A stretch of DNA of 63,790 bases, filler included, from Aduncisulcus paluster (lineage: Eukaryota), in the NCBI GenBank assembly GCA_024181965.1. It is 12 parts of 12 records of this genome, joined end to end, with 100 filler letters (N's around TTAATTAATTAA, not from the genome) between each part and the next. Parts side by side here need not be neighbours in the genome. Positions count along the whole stretch, not along the records: positions 57,702 to 61,162 come from BQXS01011357.1; positions 61,263 to 63,790 come from BQXS01011447.1; 10 more parts are not named here. One strand, written 5' to 3'. Below, piece by piece: positions 57,702 through 63,790 of this stretch. The notes under the pieces were generated by a model that made no database searches, was not told the origin of the DNA, and worked only from the letters and a program-made list of their open reading frames with translations. The translations under genes were made by a program, and so were the position numbers. Positions within the stretch are counted from its first letter, which is position 1. Each line of letters begins with the position of its first letter.

Positions 57702-59814
57702 GAAAAGACTCAAAGCTGAACAATGCTTTTTGAACATCAATTTTCTTCTGAGAATACCTTCGTTTTCCTGTTATTTCGTCTTTTAAAACCTTCGGGGAAG
57801 TTTTGATATTTTCTTCTTTTTTCCCTCGAAGAATAATTTCAATGCAAGACTCGATTCCCAACATCCCAAGAAAAGATAATTCACACATCAGTAAACTCTT
57901 AGAAGATGGACTAATAATAGGTTCTTTCTCTGTTCTATATTTAGACAATATGCCAGATTCAGAGCGAGTTGAAATTTGGCAATTATTAAAAAATTTCAAC
58001 ACAATTTCCCGCAAAGAAGGCGAAAGAGATATAAATATTCGCTGAAATTCAGAATAACAAATATATGTTCTATATTTAGAAACTGAGAAAGAAGGAATCA
58101 TTGGAAAAAGGCAATCTATTTTTGGAATTGACTTGGAATATACAATTCTGAATAAATCATAATCAGTATCCACAGTATCGTGAGAAGAAGATGAAGAAGA
58201 TGCCGATTCTTCCTCTTCCTCTCCTCTTCCTTCAGAAATCAATTCATTGTTATTTTGAGAGGAATCCTCTTCTTCTCCCTCTCCTCTCTCTTCCTCCTCC
58301 TCCTCCTCCTCTTCTTCTTCTTCTTCTTCTTCTTCTTTTGACTCTTCATCAAAGTTTCTCAGCCAAAAGTCCTCAACCATTCTCCTCAATTCTTTTGCAT
58401 TATCAATCGAGTTGATTCTTTCCCATGTTCCCATTTCAACAGGGGCAATCACTTCCATTCGACGCCGAGGAATAATATATATATCGGTGCCACTGGCTTT
58501 GGAATCAAATACCGATTTAGGTCGGGAGCAAATGTATAAAATTAGATCGTTCTCATTCAAAGGAAGAGGGAATCGGATTCCTCGAGGAGTTTTCCCAAAA
58601 ATAGAACATGATTTGAGGATAAAATCAGCCATTGATAACCTAAATGGATACAACATTGAATGGGATAAGGAAGAGAAGAATAAATCCTTGCTACAACGCT
58701 CAAATACTTCGTCATATCTTTCTAAAACATTGCCGGAAAATGATTTAGGAAGAGATTCAGTCCTGAATCCAGGTAATTTCTTCATCTTTTGGCGCTTTGA
58801 TTCCTCTCTTTCACACTTATCTCTCCTTTTTTCAATGTGTTTGAGGTGGATGGATCTCAATTTCCACTCTTCCTCGCCAAAATACAATCTCATCGACTTA
58901 AGCTGGAATAATACGAGCCTTCTGAGTTCTTTCTTACTCATAATCCTCATACCGATTATATTTATAGGATCAGTTTGAGAAGATACCCCGCCATCATATT
59001 TACACATTCGACATTTCCACATGTTATTCCTAGATTCTTCATATTCTTTCTCAAATTCCTGATCTTTCCTCATCCTTTTTTTCTTTTTAGATTCATTCCT
59101 GGCTTCAATCGAAAGAAATGAAGAATGACATTCAAAATGGAAACATAAACCACAACCACAACATTTCAAAAGAGTTCCTTCCATACATCCACAGGAAAAA
59201 CATCGTTTTTGGGCGCATAATTCACAAAACCAATCATTTTCATAGACTCCCTTGGACATTTCTGGGAATCCATCGATACAATGAGGATGAAAAGAATTTG
59301 AACATCCGTCACAACATATTAAGGTGCCTGGTTTCATACACTTCAGACAAATATCATCATTAACGTCATTACCATGTAAATCATCCTGCATATCATGGAA
59401 AAATGGAAGAGATCCAAGCGATGCCGAGATCCTAGAACTAGAACTAACATCAGACACTGAAGAACAAATTGTATCAATGGGCGGAGATTGAATGAACTCC
59501 CGGAGCAATTGAATCCGATATTGCTTATATTTACCCTTAATAGCCGAAAATATCTTCGACAAGCCAGAAAAATCTTGTGATGGGAGAACTGAATCATACC
59601 ATGTAAATGAATTAGAATCTATTTGTTTAGAGATGTTCTTTTCCTTTTTCAATAGTTTCTCCCGTGCATCATAAAATTCAGGAGTAATGGCACCATCACC
59701 AGAAACATGTTTTCGTAATTTGCCAAAATCACTTTGCTCAGAAATACAAATATCTGAATAATTATATATCTCTAATAATTTGGATGGAACTAGTAATCGA
59801 AAAGCTGTAAACAT
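57702..59814 (-). CDS. Tandem PHD-finger chromatin protein (3'-truncated; start uncertain)
   Basis: NDDICLKC..LICCDGC..SFHPHC..WFCELC followed by CFSC..LLKCCGC..FHFEC..WKCRMC. Confidence 0.85.
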
Positions 59815-60313
59815 TGTACATGGATCAAAAACTAGCTTCAGCTGACTAATCAGTTTTAAATTGGACAAAACTGCAATTTTATCAGCTTCAGCAAATTAAT
59901 ATTTGCATTTAAATAAAATCTTAGGTAAAATTATCTCATCATGTCTATAGATTAGGCTGTAACCAATTTTTAAAAATTATTCCAATATGGATGTTTCTAG
60001 GCAAAAAAATAATGTAAAAGTGAAAAATATTTTTTCAATTAACAAAATAAATTCATATACTAGTTCTGAAACAAAGGAGTAAAAAAGACTTCATTGCGGA
60101 ACAGAAAATCCTCATTCTTGGTTATGTTATATCCATTCAAAATATAATATTTTTCTTTATGAACATTTTCTGAAAACGCCTTTTCATATGTTTGAAATTC
60201 ACTCCGAAATATTTCCCTCAGAAAGAGATAATCTTCATCATTATTATTTCTCTCATCTCTCAAATTTCTTCGCAGACTTTTCAAGTTCTCTCAGGTTTTG
60301 ATTGCCAATCATA

Positions 60314-61024
60314 ATGATATCAGGAGTAATTTCCAAGCATACCGATATTTATCCCGTTGACATGATGGCTGAGGGTCAAAAATATATCCTCAGTGATACA
60401 TGTTTTTCGTCTTCTACTCCCGATTACGAAGTTCAAATAATACAATGTTTTCATGATAGCTCTGAATTCTATGACTCTCTTGTTTCTTCAGAATCTTCTT
60501 CCATTATTCACTCGTCCCACGAACCGCCCATCCATTCTCATCCGCTCTCGCCTTCGTTTGATTCGATTGACATAGCTCCAATTTATGAGTGTGTCAAAGC
60601 TTCGAGCCTTTCATCTTCCTCTCAATCGGTATTTCTCAATACGTCATATCCTACTTCTTCCACCAAACAGTTCCTCCAAACAGTTCGTGCCATATTTGTG
60701 TTCAAGACAGTTGAATTCATCTCAGAACATTCAAAACAGGGCTCTGAAAGTGATGAAGGCTCACCCAAGAATGAGGCACAATCGTTTGTTGTCTGGTATG
60801 TTTGGGTGTTCAAGAATCCACAATCTTCACTGAAAAAACTGATCGAATGGAGTGGAGAATCTGAATCAAACATCAAGAGAAAGTTTGCATTCTGGAGAAA
60901 GCAAGGTGTTCCTGCATTCTTGCATGATTTCTTTGTGAAACATTCCAAAAAAGTTGGTTTGAAAAAGAAAGATCGAGATATGTTAATGTATGGAAAAGAT
61001 CGTGTTAAGAAAGGATTCTTTTAA
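60314..61024 (+). CDS. Hypothetical protein with a cullin/APC2-like winged-helix segment
   Basis: AQSFVVWY..SLKKLIEWSGESESNIKRKFAFWRKQGV resembles APC2 VQAVILLY..TLEELS..LLRRRMSVWLQQGV; start uncertain. Confidence 0.55.
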   Translation: MISGVISKHTDIYPVDMMAEGQKYILSDTCFSSSTPDYEVQIIQCFHDSSEFYDSLVSSESSSIIHSSHEPPIHSHPLSPSFDSIDIAPIYECVKASSLSSSSQSVFLNTSYPTSSTKQFLQTVRAIFVFKTVEFISEHSKQGSESDEGSPKNEAQSFVVWYVWVFKNPQSSLKKLIEWSGESESNIKRKFAFWRKQGVPAFLHDFFVKHSKKVGLKKKDRDMLMYGKDRVKKGFF

Positions 61025-61262
61025 GTGATTCTTTCTTGTACTATTCTGACACTTGCCATTTATATTTGTCTTTATTATATTGTATCTAGAAAACAACCAA
61101 ACAAAGCTTAAAAACGAAATATTATAAATATAATGTTGTCTCGTGTCTTTTATTTTCTATTTNNNNNNNNNNNNNNNNNNNNNNNNNNNNNNNNNNNNNN
61201 NNNNNNTTAATTAATTAANNNNNNNNNNNNNNNNNNNNNNNNNNNNNNNNNNNNNNNNNNNN

Positions 61263-63086
61263 GAATCAATACGAGAATTTACAGAGGAAGAGGACGGAGA
61301 AGATAAGACATCTTGGCTTGATAAGATCTGGGAAATATGTTCACAATCCTCTTCGAATACATTCACGATAACTGCAGATGATGTCACCCACTTATGTATG
61401 ATTGGAAAAGGTGGATTCGGAGAGGCTATTCTTGTCAGGCATGTAGAAGACAAAAGGGGAGGTGAGTTTGTGCTGAAAAGGATGGAAAACGATGGCAGTG
61501 CACCCACAGTAGGTGATGCGTACAAGAAAGAATTCCAAAAACAGATGAAACTATATAACAATCCGAATTGTTTCCATCGTATCCCACAGCCCATATGTCT
61601 GTTCGATGACCTTGATGACGATAATTGTGGGATTTACGGGTTTTGTATGGAGTTCTGTCAGGGAGGAAGTATCAGTGAGTTTTCAGAGAAGTGGTGTCGT
61701 TGTGCCGGTGGTTCTGAGGACTCTATAAGCGATTGTGATACTGATTACATTCGTTCTAGAGTCAATCCTATGGATCTTGATCCTCTGAGAGTGAGTGCAT
61801 TGTGTGTTGGGATGATCGAGTGTCTTGCTGAGGTGATGAGAGCTAATAAGAAACTCATGCACCGAGATGTGAAACCTGATAATTTCCTTGTTCGCGTTGA
61901 TTCTGAAGGGGAATGTGGCATTGTCCTTGCTGATCTTGGATTCACTGAGATATGCGGAGCTTCATCTTCCACAATGAGGTCAAGATCGAGTCGTTCGAAG
62001 CCCACGGCGGAGGAAGAAGATGACTCTGCACGTATTATATGTGGGACATTCGTGTATAATTCGTTGGAGGCACTGTTGAGTGCAAAATACTCTCGTAAAA
62101 GTGATGGGTATGCTCTGGCTATGTCCATGCTTGCTCTTTTCATATGTGATCACCCCTTCATGACAAGAGAAGATGTCAGAGATATTCGGGATCCTATTAT
62201 ACTTGTGCAGACGTTATGTGATATCATTCAGAAAGATCCTCCTCATTTGTCTGACTCTCCTTTGTTTCAATCACTTAGGGATATAGAATCTGGGAAATAT
62301 GAAGAGATTTATGATATTTTAAATGAAGTTTTTGAAGGTCTTACTAAAATTGATAGGGTTGAGCGGCTAAGTGTCCGAAAAGCCCATGATTTGGTAAAGC
62401 CTATTAAGCATCTTCTCCCCAAGATTGGACAAGGGTGGACATGTCCAAAGATTGACGAGATAATCCAATCCAGGATTGATCAATTTGGTGAGATGACTGT
62501 CAGTGGTACGATTGAAAATTGTGACATTGACTCTGAAGATCATGTATCTTTAAGAGAAGGCAGTCTTAAAATACATCATGATATTGCTGACAAGATGCAT
62601 TCTGAAAGGAATTCTTCGCCCAGCTTACCCCACTCAGACTCAGAGTCTTATAGTTCATCTTCTCCTCGAGATGAGATATCAATTGAGATTAGGGAGAAGA
62701 AGAGCAGAGAACTAAGGAGGAGAGAGGAGGAGGAAGAGAGGGAGAGGAGGAGGGAAAGAGAAAAGAGAGAAAAGGAAATAAGAAGGGAGGAGAAAAGGAA
62801 AAGGAAAGAAAGAAAGAAGCAAGAAGAAGACAGAAAGAGGTTAGAAGACTTGAAACAAATTCAAATTTTGAAAGAACAAAAAGAATTGGATTCGGCTATT
62901 CGAAAGAAAAAGAAAAGAAAGCGGGAATTAGCGGAGAAAAAAAGAAAAAAAGAAGAAGAAGAGAGGAAGAGACGAGAAGAGGAAGCAAAAAATACTCACA
63001 ATGATGAATCAAGCGATTCGTCTCATGACTCGAGGTTCATTCTTTCCTCTGAAAACGAATATGCATCGGACGATTTTACTCCATAA
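61263..63086 (+). CDS. Ser/Thr protein kinase with charged coiled-coil tail (5'-truncated)
   Basis: IGKGGFG, VLK, HRDVKPDN, DLG, CGTFVYNSLE, SDGYAL. Confidence 0.93.
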   Translation, partial: ESIREFTEEEDGEDKTSWLDKIWEICSQSSSNTFTITADDVTHLCMIGKGGFGEAILVRHVEDKRGGEFVLKRMENDGSAPTVGDAYKKEFQKQMKLYNNPNCFHRIPQPICLFDDLDDDNCGIYGFCMEFCQGGSISEFSEKWCRCAGGSEDSISDCDTDYIRSRVNPMDLDPLRVSALCVGMIECLAEVMRANKKLMHRDVKPDNFLVRVDSEGECGIVLADLGFTEICGASSSTMRSRSSRSKPTAEEEDDSARIICGTFVYNSLEALLSAKYSRKSDGYALAMSMLALFICDHPFMTREDVRDIRDPIILVQTLCDIIQKDPPHLSDSPLFQSLRDIESGKYEEIYDILNEVFEGLTKIDRVERLSVRKAHDLVKPIKHLLPKIGQGWTCPKIDEIIQSRIDQFGEMTVSGTIENCDIDSEDHVSLREGSLKIHHDIADKMHSERNSSPSLPHSDSESYSSSSPRDEISIEIREKKSRELRRREEEEERERRREREKREKEIRREEKRKRKERKKQEEDRKRLEDLKQIQILKEQKELDSAIRKKKKRKRELAEKKRKKEEEERKRREEEAKNTHNDESSDSSHDSRFILSSENEYASDDFTP

Positions 63087-63790
63087 AATTTACTTATTAG
63101 AGTTTTATATATATAGTCTTTCGTCTTTTTTCTCGATAATTTTCTCCATGGTTATGTTCTTTATCATCCAAATCCTTATTATTCCTTGGTTTACCGATAT
63201 TGATAGTATCACGAGTGCGATACAAATGAATAAATCTGTGAATAGAAACATAAAACGTCTATATTTAATAATATTGATGACATCCAGAGATCGGAAATTG
63301 AATGCCGGTATGGAGTGTATATAATGCATAATTTCATCCATTTGGTGTTTTTAACTTTTTTTGATTTTGAAGAGAAATATGATTTAAACGAATGTTAATC
63401 ATCTGAGAAGTTAAGAAGGACGCCTTGAGAGAATAAACGAGCATATGGAAAGTAGATAAAACTCAGAATTGGAAAGAGTTATTATAAAGTACACTCACAA
63501 TTAATTGGAGAGATATCGTGTAAACAAGCTGTCGGGTGGAACGAGAAAAGGTCTAGAGGCGAGAAATCACCAAAACCACTAAAAAATGCCAAATCAACAA
63601 CAGAAGACTCGACCCGATGGTATTCTCCAATTACAACATGAATTTAGCATCATGGAGAAGAACTTTGTAATTCGATGTGTTGGCAAATAGGGAGATAATG
63701 AAACGGATTTTGAATGTCATTGTCAGGAGTGGACTCACAAGGATGGCATTTAATATATGTTCCAAAGAAAATGTTCATATATTTTTATGC

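Overview
Eukaryotic, AT-rich, gene-dense genomic DNA from a flagellated protist. It is most likely a fornicate metamonad of the Carpediemonas-like grade (an inference from the alpha-tubulin signature [11 protein letters not shown], compact intergenic regions and GTATGT introns; the species cannot be established). The window is not contiguous: it is 12 contigs joined by 11 artificial 100-nt N/TTAATTAATTAA/N linkers, plus four 20-N gaps with duplicated flanks. Recognisable genes: a CatSper-gamma-like membrane protein, a multi-saposin polyprotein, a tyrosine recombinase on its own element-like contig, three partial ABCA genes, an ORC3-like protein, a WD40-like protein, an RWP-RK factor, PsuG, GLE1, LMBR1, alpha-tubulin, an IPC-type peroxiredoxin, CCDC191-like, VWA/GM-rich, E2 UBC, RPS30, OLA1, RRN3, a tandem-PHD protein and a kinase. 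Several genes become clear only after splicing 5'-proximal introns. The top leads are the CATSPERG homologue, the tyrosine-recombinase element and the divergent ORC3 candidate. All homology calls are by eye from recalled sequences, not from database searches.
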